Part shown: one piece after another, positions 37,675 to 51,531 of the stretch | Position numbering within the stretch: the stretch's first letter is position 1 | How the letters are laid out: every line of letters begins with the position of its first letter | Source: Monocercomonoides exilis PA203 | Lineage: Eukaryota > Protista > Preaxostyla | NCBI GenBank assembly: GCA_001643675.2 | Contig: LSRY02000011.1 | Location: 186,001 to 250,000, forward strand | Reading direction: 5' to 3' | DNA length: 64,000 bases | The notes under the pieces: model-generated | Database searches by the model: none | What the model was told of the DNA's origin: nothing | The model's input: only the letters and a program-made list of their open reading frames with translations | Position numbers and translations under genes: made by a program

Positions 37675-40600
37675 ATGCAAAATGAGAAAAACAATGTACT
37701 TAGGATTCGACTTTTTTCAATTGACAGTTTTCTTGGCTTTGCATCTGAAAGATTTCATGAAACTCAAGGAAAATACTCAATTGCTCCATTACAATATACG
37801 CACATCGTGAGGATATTTGGAACCACTACGAATGGAGAAAATGTTTGCTTATATGTTCACGGATTTAAGCCATATTTCTTCATTCCGTTTGAAGTGAGTG
37901 AAGATGATAAGTATCACCAAGAAGAAGTTATGCTAAACATAGTTTCTTTTTTTAATACATTGCTGCTAAGGCTTTGCCAAACTTCATCGGGTAAAAATGG
38001 AAAAAAAGCATTTTATCCTTCAAGACCAATTATTCATTCACCATTTTCCCCAAAAGTTGACGACGATCATATTGTTCACTTACGAATGCAAAAAGATGAA
38101 AACAGCAAATCAACACACAATAAAAGTGCAAATAAGTTTCGAATGCAAGATAACGAGTTTTTTAGAGGACCATTTTTATATCACGAGCTCAAGACGGATG
38201 TGATTGATGATTCGTTGAAGCAGCACAATCGCAATGGACCGTGGGTTGTTGACGCTTCATTTGTACGAGGCCTTCCGTTCTATGGATTTCACAATCGAGA
38301 GGAAGTTTTTGTGAAAGTCAGCGTTATTGACTCTTCTGCAATACAGACATTGAGTCGCTTTGTTCGTTTGGGAAAGACAGAAGGTGAGACGAAAATGACA
38401 GAAAATGACTATGATGAACTTAGATTGGATTCAGGTAATGAACAGAGCGGAACAATGCCATATGAATCACATCTCTCTCCAGACATACAGTTCATGGTTG
38501 ACTACAATCTGACCGGAATGGGATACATTGACTGTGTGAATACAACAGTGCGCCTTCCGCTGGCACAGCAGGGGCTGCCAAAGTCTTCTGTTTTCACAGG
38601 GTCGACTGGCAATTCTGATTCAATCGACAAGCACAGTGTTTTAAGGACGCTTCCAGCAAATAACATTCCTAAGCTTGCCTCATCTACTGTGACAGAGGTA
38701 GATGTGATGTGCACAGATATTTTAAATGCGCAGCGGATCAACAGGACACCAATAACAATGAAGATACCAGGGGAAACAGAAAATGAGATGAAAAATAGTT
38801 CGATTGATGCTTATGATAAAGAATACACCCAAAATGGAAGTTCAGTTAATGAACAAAATATGAGAAAGTTTCGCAAAGAAACGAAAACTCTTGAAAAATT
38901 CGGAAAAAACATGGAAAGTGATGAAAAAAATGATAATAGATCAGAAATTCTGTGCGGCACATTGAACAGCATGTTAGAGGAAGATGAAATAAACAGGAAA
39001 ACGCTGAGAATTCCCCCATTTGTGCAACCAGCACCGATAAAAAGGAATCCAATTCCTATTTGCCATCCAGTTGGAAAAATGGAAGAAGAAGAAGAAGAAG
39101 AAGAGAAGGAGGAAGAAGAGATAATGAGCAAATACAACCTCGTCAATGGAAAGGCAGCTGAAAAAAGAACATTCGAAGATGAAAACAGACAACTTCTAAT
39201 TAGTTTTGGATCAGAAACAGAAGAGTCAAGCAAAGAATTAATGAAAGCGAAGAAGCTTATTGCAGAAGTGGTAGCTGCTGGTGGATATGCTGGTGTTAAG
39301 AAGAAAAGCGAAAGAAAAAGGCTTTTGGATCAGAATCAGCACAATGCTTCTCAATCAATTCATCAATGCTCAAGAGAAGAGGAGGAAATAATGAATGCAG
39401 AAGAAGAAGAAGAGGAAGAAGAAAATGATGAGGAAGAAAAAGAGAGGCAGTTGTGCGAGTTCATAGCAACACTTCCACCAGCACAGCCATCGTCTTTTTC
39501 GCGAGAAGAGCGACTTCGCGATGTCTTCAAAGGAAAAGTGCTGTCTCCTGCTTTGTCTGAAGTGTTTGGACTATCCTCACACAACGCATCTGCAGAACTG
39601 CCTTCTTCTTCTTCTTCATTTCAATCACCTTCAACAACAACATCATCTTCTTCTTCGTCTTCTTTGCCAGGCTCTCCAAAACCTTCTTCAATGCAAATGC
39701 AATCACATGTTTCAACATCAGCTTCAACCACTCCATTTGCTTCTCAGATTGGACTTCAGACACAACAACATGAAACAGCTCAAACAGACCAAACTGAATG
39801 GCTGAGCACATTGGAAGGTGGATCTTCAGATAAACAAACAACAACATCATCCTCACCTTCTGAGCTTTCCTCAGCCTTCTTTTCCACTCCTGTTCATAAT
39901 ATCAGCTCTCAGATGACTCAAAGGCTAACATTGGATTCGCCATTTCCTTCAACACAGCCAACTTCTGTCACAAGAATGAGGCTGTTTGGCAAAAGCGCAC
40001 AGAAAAATGCCTTTTTTGAATCGTCTTCCTCTCTTTCCTCGTCTTCATTGTCTTCGTTGTCTTCGTTGTTTACTCCAAATTCTGTTTCTCAGATGCCTCT
40101 CTCTTCTCAACTCCAATATTCCTCCACACAAATGTCTCAGCCACGTTCGATTATTCCCCCACTCGCATCGCCTGTGCCGGCAAGAAAGAAGCACAATTTG
40201 GAGCCAGACACAGCAGAACAGCTGATGTCAGCGAAGGAGCTGCAGAAACGAGAGAGAACACTGCAAAGATGCGACGAGGAAGAGGAAGTGATGAACATGA
40301 TGTTGGATGCACTGAAGGAAATGGAAGAAGAAGAAGAAGAAGAGGCAGAAGGAATGGCGAAAGTGAAAAGTGAATATGAAACACGACGCAACAGCAGCTA
40401 TTTGATGCAAAATGAAAGTTTGACACCTGAATTTTCTCAAGCGCTGAATGGAGCAGACAGAACAGTATTTCCATCTCTTTCAAATGAAGATAGCAGGATT
40501 CTTCAGATGGCTAACAACAAGCAGATGACTTCTGAGCTACAAACATCTTCAAATATATCTTTGACAGCATCTCCAACTCCCTTTGTTTCTCACATGTTTC

Positions 40601-43600
40601 CTCAGCCATCGCAGAATCAATCCAAAGAAAGAGAAAAACAATTGTTTAAACAGACATCCACTCCAAACCATTCCTCTTCTTTGGTTTATTCTTCAATGAG
40701 TTCTGTTTCAACTCCATCGAATATGAACCAACATTTGCCACCTTCTCCATTTTCTTCACTTTCTTCCTTGTCTTCTTCGTCTTTCTCGTCTCCTTCATTC
40801 CATTCTCCTTCTCATTCATCAGCTGTCTCAACACCTCTACTAACACAGCCAGTCCTTCTAGAGCAACAAAATCCCTTTTCTTTAACATCATCATCATCAT
40901 CATCAACATCTTCTTCTTTCTCTTCTTCTCAATCTCCATTCATTCGAAATGCTTCTCATATTCGAAATTCAAAAAGATCACAAACACGCTCAAATTCCAT
41001 CTCAACCCAAACTCGTTCAACTTCTGCTTTTTCATCGCGATTTATTTCTTCTTTTCAAATGCCCCATCTTTCACAGAAGTTTTCTCAGAGGAACTCTTTT
41101 GGCAGAAGAAGGAGCATTGAAGATGAGGAAGAAGAGAAGGAAGTTGGGGATAATGAAGGAGGAGGAAAAGAAGAAGAAGAAGATGATGATGATGATGAAA
41201 TTGATGATGAAGAGATTGAGAAGAAAGAAGATGAACTCGAAAATGATGAAGAGGAAGATGAAGATGAACAAGAAGACGAAAATGATATTAGTAGTATTTC
41301 AGAAGGAGAGAGAAAAATGAGCATGTTGATTGGATGTGATTCAGAAGACGAAGAAGAAAAGGAGCTTTTGACTCAAATGATTCAGGAAGAGATGGATGCA
41401 TTTGGAGATGGAGAAGAAGAAGAAAATGTCGAAAATGATGAAAATGAAGGTGATGAAAAAGATGATGAAATAAAACATAACAGAAGACGAAGAAGAAACC
41501 GCTCTTATGAAATCAAAAGAGACAGATTCGAAGAAGGCGACGAAGAAGAAATTGATAGAGATGAAGATATTGATGATCAGAACAAAGAAATCAGATGGAA
41601 AGACAAAGAAAGTGAAGGAGATAAAAGCGAAGAGAAAGAAAGAAAAAATACAATTTTTATTATTCCTCAACTGGATGGAATGGATGATGTTGAAGTTATT
41701 GATGTTACTCCTTCAAACAGAAGAGACAGCTTATCTGACATTTCTTCCTCTTCCTCTCCTTCTCCTCCTCCTTCTTCTTTAGTGAAACATTTAATTCGAC
41801 CTTCAAACAACTCCAAACGTTCTACCAATTCATCAAATTCTTTTAACAACCCAATCATTTTAGAACCATCAACAAGAGAAATAAACAAAGAACAAAAAAA
41901 GACTTCAGGAAAATTCACAGAAAAGACTAATAATTCACCAGAAGTTGAAGTTATTACGGATGATGAAAGAGAAGAAGGAACGAATGAAGAAGGCACTGTA
42001 TCTGATCCAATAAATCTCGAAGATGCAACAACAGCAAAGAAGTCAGGCAGAAAGATGATATCAGAAAAGGCAGAAGATGAAGCAGAATCAGACAGAAAGA
42101 TGTGTGTTGAAATAGAAGACAGCGAAGAGATAGAAGAAGAAGAAGAAGGAACACACACAAGACACACAAGAACCACAAATCCATTGATGTTTCATTGTGA
42201 ATTGACAGAAAGAAGGAAGAAGAAGAAGAAGAAGAAGAAGAAAAAGAAGACGAAGAAAGGAAGAGAGGAAGGAATTAATGAAGATACAAATATTAAAAAG
42301 AAAGAAGAAAGCAGAAAGGAAACAAAAGAAGAAGAAAAGGAAAAAAGTAATATGAAAATTTCTCTCAAAGAAAACAAAGAAATTAAATCTGTAAATTCGA
42401 TTTCTACAAGCACAACAAACTTGAATCCAATAAACCAACCAAAAATAACAGAAACAACTAAAACAAGTACATCTTTAAAAAGACCGCTGAAGCCACCGAA
42501 GCAATCTCTTTTCCATCCTTTTAGACCAAAAGTGAATGAAAGCAGAAATCCTTCTCTTCAAATGCATCGTCAGAATATGAATCAAACAAAGAAGCATTTA
42601 TTTTCTCCCTTGAAAATACAGTTACAACCGAAGACAAACCAAATAACAAAACTTCACCATCCTCTTTCACATCCACTTTCTCCTTCTTTATCGTCTTCTT
42701 CAATGCAAACTACTTCTTCATCAACAACATCTGCAATAACGCCTTCTTCCTTATCTACGTCTTCATCTGCCTCGACTTCGTTTTCATCATCATCTTCTTC
42801 TACATCTCCAACATCTTCTTCCCTCTCTTCCTCTTCATCACCATCCTCTTCTTCATCCTCTTCTTCATCCTCTTCATTATCATCTTCATCTGTTATTTCT
42901 GATTCAATTAACAAACAACCCTCTCCTCCGCCTTTGCCTTCTGCCAAGCCACTTTCATCTGCTGTCATTCAATCTTCTCATCGAACACAGCGCTTTCGTT
43001 CAACTGGCATTCTTTTTGCTTCAAAACACAAAAATGCTATTGGAGAAGAGCTGAAAAAGAGACATGCAACAAACACAGACAATTTATCATCTGCCGCAAA
43101 GATATCACTTCAATCACCTTCATCACCTACATCTCCTTTATCTCCAATACCCCCTTTATCCCCTTCTTCCCCTTTATCCCCTTCTTCCCCTTTATCTCCT
43201 TCTTCTCCTTTGTCTCCTTTGTCTCCTTTGTCTCTCCCATCTTCTCCTTTTCCTTCCATTTGCCCATCGAAAACATCGTCAGAACCACAATTGCTTCCTT
43301 CTCTTCCACAACAGCCTCAATCAATACAACCCCCGGTTTCTCCAAATTCTCCTCTTTCTTTGCCTTTTCCACATTCTTCTCCTTCTCCTTCTTCGCTTTC
43401 TCTTCCTTTTTCTCCACAATCACCACCATCTTCATCATCACCTCCTTTTTATCATCTTCCCCCAGTTTCCCCTTCTCATTCAAACTCTCTTTTTTCTTCC
43501 TCAAATTCATCTTCATCTTCTTTGGTTGCCTTGCCTTCCTCCCCCTTCTCCTCTTCTTCTTCATTTGATACAGAAAAATCAGTTTGTTCTTCTTCTTCTG

Positions 43601-46600
43601 AAATTGTTCACAGAAATGAATCATTCGCTACAAGAAAAACAGAAAGTGAAAATAAAAAGAAAGAAGATAATACAGACATACAAATGGATTCAATTGAAGG
43701 GTCCTTTGAAAATAATAATGAGAAAGATAAGTCATCTGATATTTCTTCAATTGCTGTGCAAGAAATTGATGTTGAGCCTTTGAAATCACCAACGTTAATA
43801 GAAGATCAAGTTTGTGATTCATTATCAATAAAAGATAAAGAAGAAGAAGAAAGAGAAGAAATAGATATTTTTAATGGAGAGGCTGAAGCAGAAAAACAGA
43901 AAATGGATCTTCCCAAAGCGGAAAGTTCAATTAATCTCAGCAAAATAGCTGATGAAAGAAATGAAGCAGAACATGAAAACGAAAAGATTGCTTCTGAATA
44001 TGCACATTCGATGGAAGAAGACGAAGAAGGAGATGTAAAAGAAAGATTCAATATATTGACACAACACAAAAGCTACACTGAAGAAGAAGAAGAAGAAAGA
44101 GAAGGTGATGAAGAAAAAGTCAATGTATCCAATGACAAAAGCAGCATTGATTTTCTTGTTGTAAATGATCCACAAAATCACTTAGAAGAAATGACAGTAA
44201 ATCCAACTGGTGATATTCAGAATTTTGAACTGCCAACTGCAGAAGAGGAAATATTGTTGATGCAATCGAATTCGCCACATAAAAGTTTAACATATTTGCA
44301 ATCGACTCTTTCTGATTCTTTTGTTGGAAAACAACCAAAGGAAAATAGTGAGAAAGAAATGATTGAATCATCTATTCAGTTATCTTGTCCATTTCAAAAC
44401 GAAGAAATAAACGATGATGATACATCAAAGAAAGCCTACGAACAACAAGAAGGTCCGACTTCTTTTACTGCACAAAGCCAATCCTCGCCTGCATCATCTT
44501 CCACTTTTACTTGTTCTCTTTCTTCGAAATTAGCATCTTTCACTTTGACTCCATCTGCTGCTCCTCTTTCACAGTCTGCTTTTCAATCACATGAAGAAGA
44601 CTCAAATAACATCTCTTTCAATCAAGTTCTTAACGATCCATTGCCAACTGAACAAGAGAAAGCACCAGAGGAAGATCATTCAATTAGAGCTGATCATTCA
44701 GAAGCGTCAACAGAACCATTCCTCACAGACACAAATGGAGAAGGGACAGCAAAAGAAGCCAAGTATTCGTGGGATTCTGTTGACATGGACAAACTTTGTC
44801 CTCTTGTCACACTCAATCCAGAGACTGTGAAAATACTCTCTTTGCTCCAACATTCTGTTCTCAAATTTCCGCAAATGCCTGGCGTGTCTTATTCGTCATA
44901 TTCTGAAGCTTCTCGAAAGAAGACAAAGAAGCACAGAAATCATAAGGACAGAAGGAAAACAAAGGAAAGAACGAACAAAATGAAAAAGAGATATCAAAAG
45001 GACAAACATTCAATGAACGAAAAGACAGAAAACGATGCAAACGGAGAAAGGACGAGTATTGAAGAAGATAAACCAGAGGATATGCTAAAAGGAGAAAAAG
45101 TTGAAAGAGAAGGTGATGAAAAAGATGAAAAAAGAGAAAAGAGCGAGCATCAAAGCGAAGAATATGAAAACAAAAATGAATATGATTCAACTGAAGAATC
45201 TGAAAAAGATGATGAAAATGCAGAAAATGACTGCGATGTAGTTGAGAAGATGTTGAACGAAGCAGAAAAAGATAATTTGTCAGAAGACGAAGGAAAAGCA
45301 ATGAGAATCCCGAAAAACATCACAATTGTTATTCCACAACAAGCACAAGACAAAAAGAATGCTTCATTTTTGTCACAGAACTTTTCAAGCAAAAAATCAA
45401 AAGAGGGAAAAGAAGAAAGAAAAAGCACATTCAATTGCCAGGAAGAGAGTGAAGCAGAAGAGCAAATTTTGGCTTTGAACGACGAAGAGGATGGAGACAA
45501 TACTTATATGGAAGGAGTGGACGACGTGAGTGAACTGAGAAATCAAGTTGAGGCATTTGGAGAAATAATGCACCTCAGAAAAGAAGGAGGCGAAAGCAGG
45601 AGAGATGCCGTGGAAGAGGCAGAAAGAAGAAATGAGGCACGAATCGACAGAGCTGTTGATGAAATTATTCAAAATGGAGAAAACGACAATTACAACGACA
45701 ATGACGATAACGATGGAGATGAATCAGAAACACAGACAGTTCAACTGAACTTGATCATCGAAGAAAGAAAATCGAAACATCCTTCATCAGAAGCTTCAAT
45801 CTTTTCCCAGCCAACGCAACAACAACAAAAGAACAAAGGTTATAGCCAAAATAGATCAGAAGTATTTCCCCCTTCTCCATTGTCAACAGTTGGATTTGGT
45901 GTTGATGAAGTGTCTGCTGATTCTACAGATGCCTTTCCATCAACACCGCCTATGTCTTCTGCTCCTTCAGTTATGACACCTACTTCACCTACAACCCCTA
46001 CAACACCAACAACTCCCACTTCAATAATTAAATCCATATCTTTATCTTCTTCTACACCTTCGCCTTCGAGTTCTGGTTCTGCTCCTGTTTCAGCCTCAGC
46101 ACCGACTTCTGCGTCTGCCCCAACATCTGCTGCGCCAACGCAATATTCTCTTCTTTCTGAGATAAGTGGCGAAGAAGAGGCCATCCAGCGAAAGCAAGAA
46201 GAACGAGAAAAAGACAGGGCAAAGTGGAAAGAGAGTAAAACAGATGGAGAAGCAAGTGATCATGTTCGGGTGATGACTCTGTCTTTTGTTGCACAGACAG
46301 ACAGAGAACGAACACCAGACGGGGACAGCGATCCAATTGTGTGTGTTTGCTGGACAATCCACGAAAATGACGAAGAAATGATGTTGGAGAGAGGAACAGT
46401 TGTGCTTGATACGCGATGTGGAAGCAGTGACCTGAAGACGAATGAAGATCAGAATGAAAAGAAAAACAAACAAAATGGAGTACACGAAGGAGAGAACCTA
46501 TTCGCATCGTTTTATGGAGATCATGCTGATGAAGTGATCGATTGGAATGAATATGAGAAAGTGGAGCGAATGGTACAAGATTATTATGCAACTTATTCAG

Positions 46601-49600
46601 CAACTACTTCAAGTACGGAAGCTTCAAACGAATCTGCACTTGCTATTGCAAAATCCACGCCTCAATCAACTCAATTTGCTTCTCTTTCAAAGTCACTTCG
46701 CACAGCATGTCTTGTTGCGCCTAATGAGCGTATCCTCATCTTCATCATTTGTGCTGTCATTCGCACAGTGTGGGATCCGGATGTGCTTATCAGCTGGACG
46801 CTTAATGGAGAGGCCTCAGGTGCTGGAGGAGGAGGCGATTCGTGTTTCTTGCTTGGGATCCGCTATGCAGTGTGGAGGGGAATGAAGCTTGGAATTCCAG
46901 TTCTTCCGCTGATCAACAGAGGAGCTGATGTCAGCGATGCATTGGCTGTTGCAAGTGCCTGTAAGCACAAGGAGCGTGTGGGCTATGGAGACGGAAGAAC
47001 AAAAACGAAGCTGGGCCTGTGGGCCAATGAGAGTGATAGTAATGTTGATTCAGATGAAAACAAAGAAGGAAGTGGAGATGATACGTCTGATTCATATTTG
47101 GGCATATCAAAACGAAAAAAGTTGCATGAAAAAAAGAAGAAACCAATTAAGAAGTCGTATGTGAAAGTAAAGCGCTACTCAGGGAAGTATGAAGTGTTGG
47201 GATATAAAGACATTGTAGGAAGAGTAGCGCTGTGTGGATGGCGGCTGATGAAGATGCAGCGGGCGCTGAGGAGTTATTCACTCAGCAGTGTTATTGGAAC
47301 ACTTTATGGTGTTCGATTTCCAACGATCAGCGGTGCCACGATGAAGGCGTTAAGCAAGCAGCGTATGTGGGATGTTGTTGTGCCGCATTCAATGAGATGC
47401 TGCGAATGGATCAGATATTTGTGCTGCAACGACCTTCGCATTGTATCATCAACAAGTGAATTTGCACGTGTGATAGGGATTCCGTTTCATACAGTCCATT
47501 CTCGAGGATCCCAATTTCGTGTTGAATCATTGTTGTCTCGCTTAGCCAAGCCACGGAACTTTGTTTTTCCTTCGCCCTCTCAACGTGATGTGTTCAATCA
47601 GCCGTTTCCTGAATGTCCTCCGATGATACTAGAGCCTGAATCTGGATTGAAGGAGGGTCCCGTTGCTGTATTGGACTTCCAGTCTTTGTATCCTTCGATT
47701 GTGATTGCCTACAACATGTGCTTTTCAACATGCATTGGCAGAGCTCATATGACGGGACAAAAAGGCGCAAGAGGACGAACAAAGAAATGGATGGGTGTAA
47801 TGGAGGTGGAGGTTGATGAATGGGTGAATTGCAGCGAAGACGAAAGTGGATGCGAAGAAGAAGAAGATGCAGATTGCAGAGAAGAGCTTGAAATTCGAAA
47901 AAATGAAAGATTAGGAGCGAATTCTTATCAGAACGCTTTGCTTTTACAAAAACGAAATGAACACACAATTTGGAATAGAATGACAGATATTCCTTTACAA
48001 ACGCCAAAACAATCGAAAAGAAGCAAAAGCTACAAAGCGAAGAGAAAAGCGAAGAGAAAGCGAAGAGTGAGAATCAACATCTCACCAAACGGTATTGGAT
48101 TCGTCGATAAAAGCGAGCGAGTGGGAGTGCTGCCGAAGATGTTAGCAGAGCTGTTGCAGTTACGAATTCGTCTGAAGAACACAATGAAAAATACGCCTTC
48201 TCTTATACACAAAGCAGTGTGCCAAACCCAGCAGATGGCTGTGAAGATGATTTGCAATGTTACATACGGCTATTTGGGTGCTGGGTACACTGGCAGAATG
48301 CCCTGCGTGGAAATAGCAGATTCTGTTGTACAAACAGGAAGAGAAACTCTCGAAAGAGCAATGCGCACAGCTGAGGAAGAATTGAACTTACAGCCAAACA
48401 ATCTGATGAATAATGATTTCGAATGTGAAGGAATTGTCCTTGCACAGGCAAATGCTTCATCTCAAAAGAATATATCCAATGAAAGGATACAAGTTGTATA
48501 TGGTGACACTGATTCCATGTTTATTCAGTTTCCAAAGGAAATGACCTTACAAGAAGTGTTTGAGAAAGGAGAGCAAGTTGCGAGAAAAGTGACAGAAATG
48601 AATCCATGGCCCGTGGAACTGATGATGGAGAAAGTGTATCGTCCATGCCTTCTTGTGTCAAAAAAACGATATTGCGGACTTGTATACTCATCAAAAGACC
48701 AAAAAGTTCCAGTGTTTGAATCAAAAGGGTTGGAGACTATTAGACGAGATCAAAGCCTTTCAACAGTTCATGTGATGTCTCGAGCAGTTGTATCCCTGCT
48801 GTGCGGAAGCCCAATGAACGATATCAGAAAGAGAGTTGTGTTTGACTTAGAAACGATAAATAGAGGTCTTATGCCTTTTCACGAATTCATTTTCTACAGA
48901 GAAACAAAAGAATTCTACCGAAGACCCGTAGCACTTCCAGCAGCGGCAAGTGTTGTGGCTGCAATGCCTTGGTGGCGAACGTCGAAGGCAGAAAGAATCA
49001 CATATGTTGTTACAGAAAGTGAAAAGAATGAGAACATCTCATCCAGTGGTGATTGGAAGAGAAATGCAAAAGAAAGGGAAGCGGCAAAAAATTGGGTGTC
49101 AGAGAAAAGAAAGGAAAAACTCCTGAAAAGAGCACACAACAAGCAAGAAAGGCAAAAGATTATGCTATCGTTTCAACAACGCAAGGCGTTGCCAACTACA
49201 AAAAGCAAGCAAGCGTTGAAAGAAAAACTATCGGATCTTTCTGTTCCACCAAGATATTGCGTAGAGCAGAACAGGTTTAAGGTGAACATTGGATATTACA
49301 TTATGAGGCAAATACTCCCACCACTCAGCAGAGTGTTCTCGCTGATGGGCGAGGATGTGTTTATGTGGTGGTTCAACAGCCACGAAAAGAGTGAGACTTT
49401 AACAAAGCAAGCAAATCACTTCGAAGGCTCATCATCATCATCTTCTTCTTTAACTTCTTCTTCATTGAAAAAAACCAATTATCCGCCACCAGCATCATTT
49501 GCCAAAGCGCAGAAACGAATGAAGCTTTTCCCTTCGATTACCAATTTCCGCCACTTGATGAATCTTTCAACAATCGAATCTGGCATTGTTGGGGATGCGC

Positions 49601-50628
49601 CTTCTCAACAAGGAACCATTTTCGATCATAAGCGAGTTGATTTTCTAAGTTCACTGCGCCATCAGGGAATAGATGTTAAAGTTGTCTCTCCTCTTTATCC
49701 ATTTGGCTCTATTGCAACAAAAACAGCATTTAGCGGCTGCGATGTTAGGAGAGAAGGAGCTCTTGTAAAAAGAAGAGGAACTGTTAATCTGTTGGAAAAG
49801 TCAAGAATTACACATTTCTACAAGCCCACATTGTGCATTGGATGCGGTGAAAACGCATCCATTGCTTGTCCTTCAGCCATTTCTCCAAATCCTTCTGTAA
49901 CATCTGCTTTTCAATTGTCAACAGCTTCTGCATCAACATTGAAAAATTCTTCCTTCGATGAGAAAAATACATACCACTTTGACGCTTCTGCCAACACGTA
50001 TCCTTCACCCATGTTGTGTGAGAAGTGTGCAACAGCTGAAGATTCTGCAACAGCTGCGTTTGCTCCAAGTTCAGCATTACAACCCCAATTTAATCCAGAA
50101 AACAGCTTAATTTCATCCAGAATTTCAGTTTTTTCTGCAATTTCAAGACTCAGAGATGCTGAAACAAGATATGAATTGGCTGTGATGAGATGCAAGCAGT
50201 GCTTTTTTGATAACTGTGGAGATAGACAATTTTCAAATTCAGCAAAATCGGTTTGCAAACATTTATAACAAACAAATTAATAATTCAACACTTTTTGATT
50301 CATTTTTTACCAATTTTTCTCATTTTATTTATTTTCGATGACTTAGTCCGCAAAAGTGGTTCTTCCTCAGTGCAGAAGTTCAGAACCTTATTTGGTTCGT
50401 GTTCGTCCTTCTTCATTGGCAATTTCTTTATGTTCATCTTGTAGCAGAAAGCCACTTTCTTCGTCTCGTTTAATACATCCACCATTTTGTACATGCTACT
50501 CATTTGATTGCGTTTGTGGAGGTATTCCTTGTGTGGCGGAAGATTGTCCAATGTTTTATCAGAGAAAATTAAGTGGGCAATTAGTCAACATAAATAGAAG
50601 GATTTGTGAGCAATTTGGATATATTTAA
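37675..50628 (+). CDS. REV3: DNA polymerase zeta catalytic subunit (REV3), ~4,285 aa, single intron 50251-50346
   Basis: N-terminal IVRIFGTT..GENVCLYVHGFKPYFFIP and PYESHL..QFMVDYNLTGMG; RGSQFRVESLL; VLDFQSLYPSIVIAYNMCFST; NVTYGYLGAGYTGRMPCVEIADSVVQTGRETLE; VYGDTDSMF; KGLETIRRD; C-terminal CxxC clusters ending CVAEDCPMFYQR in the spliced last exon. Confidence 0.95.
43114..43240 (+). repeat. 18-bp tandem repeat encoding (SPSSPL)n within REV3
   Basis: cccctttatccccttctt units; translation SPSSPTSPLSPIPPLSPSSPLSPSSPLSPSSPLSPLSPL. Confidence 0.85.
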
Positions 50629-50898
50629 TGGTAATTATTTATTCATTTTCAGTTCGAATTCATATTTTTGTTTAAAAGCTTTTTGTTATAGAGTTAAGTG
50701 TTTTGAAAGACACAAAGTATTACAAATAAAAATCAATCTTTTAATTTTTCAAAATAACTAATTATCATTCTTTCACAGAAAGTTCATTTCACAAAAAATC
50801 ATTATTTTCACGAACAAAATTAAAGAAGATACGCACAAAATAAAAACAATAGAATGAAGTGAACAATAAAAATACTGCAAATTATGAGTTGGAAAAAT

Positions 50899-51342
50899 TC
50901 AAGTAAAAGGAAGGGAACGATGAAAATGACGAGTTTTATGCATCTCTACATCTTGTCCAGCTCCAATTGATGATGAAGTTGTACGGAATTGAACAGGAGG
51001 TTCTGGATGCTTAACCTTCATTGTTCCAGTATGTGCTGAAAAATATCTTTCTTCAATTTTGCAGGTATTTTCATATTCTCTTGTCTTTTCCAAATCTGCT
51101 TCAGCTGGTTCATGCTAAATACAAAACCATTCACTTTAAGATATAAAATAAAAAAGTGACATACAATTAAAAAGCCCCATCGTTTTTTGCTTTTATTCGC
51201 AAGATCCTTTTCTTTTTGGCAACTATCTCTCCAAATCTTCATATAGTTGACCTAAAGCATATACAAAAAAGAGAATAAAATTTAAACTAATATAAAAAAT
51301 AACCTCGTTCCGCTCATAATCTTGCCCCTTTTTATCAGCCAT
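50899..51342 (-). CDS. CIMIP1/C20orf85 (LLC1-family) ciliary microtubule inner protein-like, ~113 aa, introns 51252-51303 and 51115-51164
   Basis: KIWRDSCQKEKDLANKSKKRWGFL and MKVKHPEPPVQFRTTSSSIG resemble the recalled C20orf85 motifs IWKYRLKAE...NWGFL and IKVFPSPPVPQTTQGFIG. Confidence 0.6.
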
Positions 51343-51531
51343 TAACTCAACAAATACAAAGCAGGCAGTTATTAACAAAATTTATAATGGCTAAACTTTT
51401 TTCAACAATTTCCAAAAATAAATTAAAAGCTCACAAGCATTATTACCAAATTCTATTCTAATTATGAAATATTCCATATACTTTTTCAGTTCAAAAAATA
51501 TACAAAAAATTTCCAACTATGGAAAAAAGAA

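Noticed and set aside
21190-50628. Viral/Polinton origin or inteins for the two B-family polymerases
   Set aside because: The motifs are specific to cellular Pol epsilon and Pol zeta, both genes have spliceosomal introns, no capsid, integrase or ATPase genes are nearby, and the inserts are low-complexity with no intein or homing-endonuclease motifs seen.
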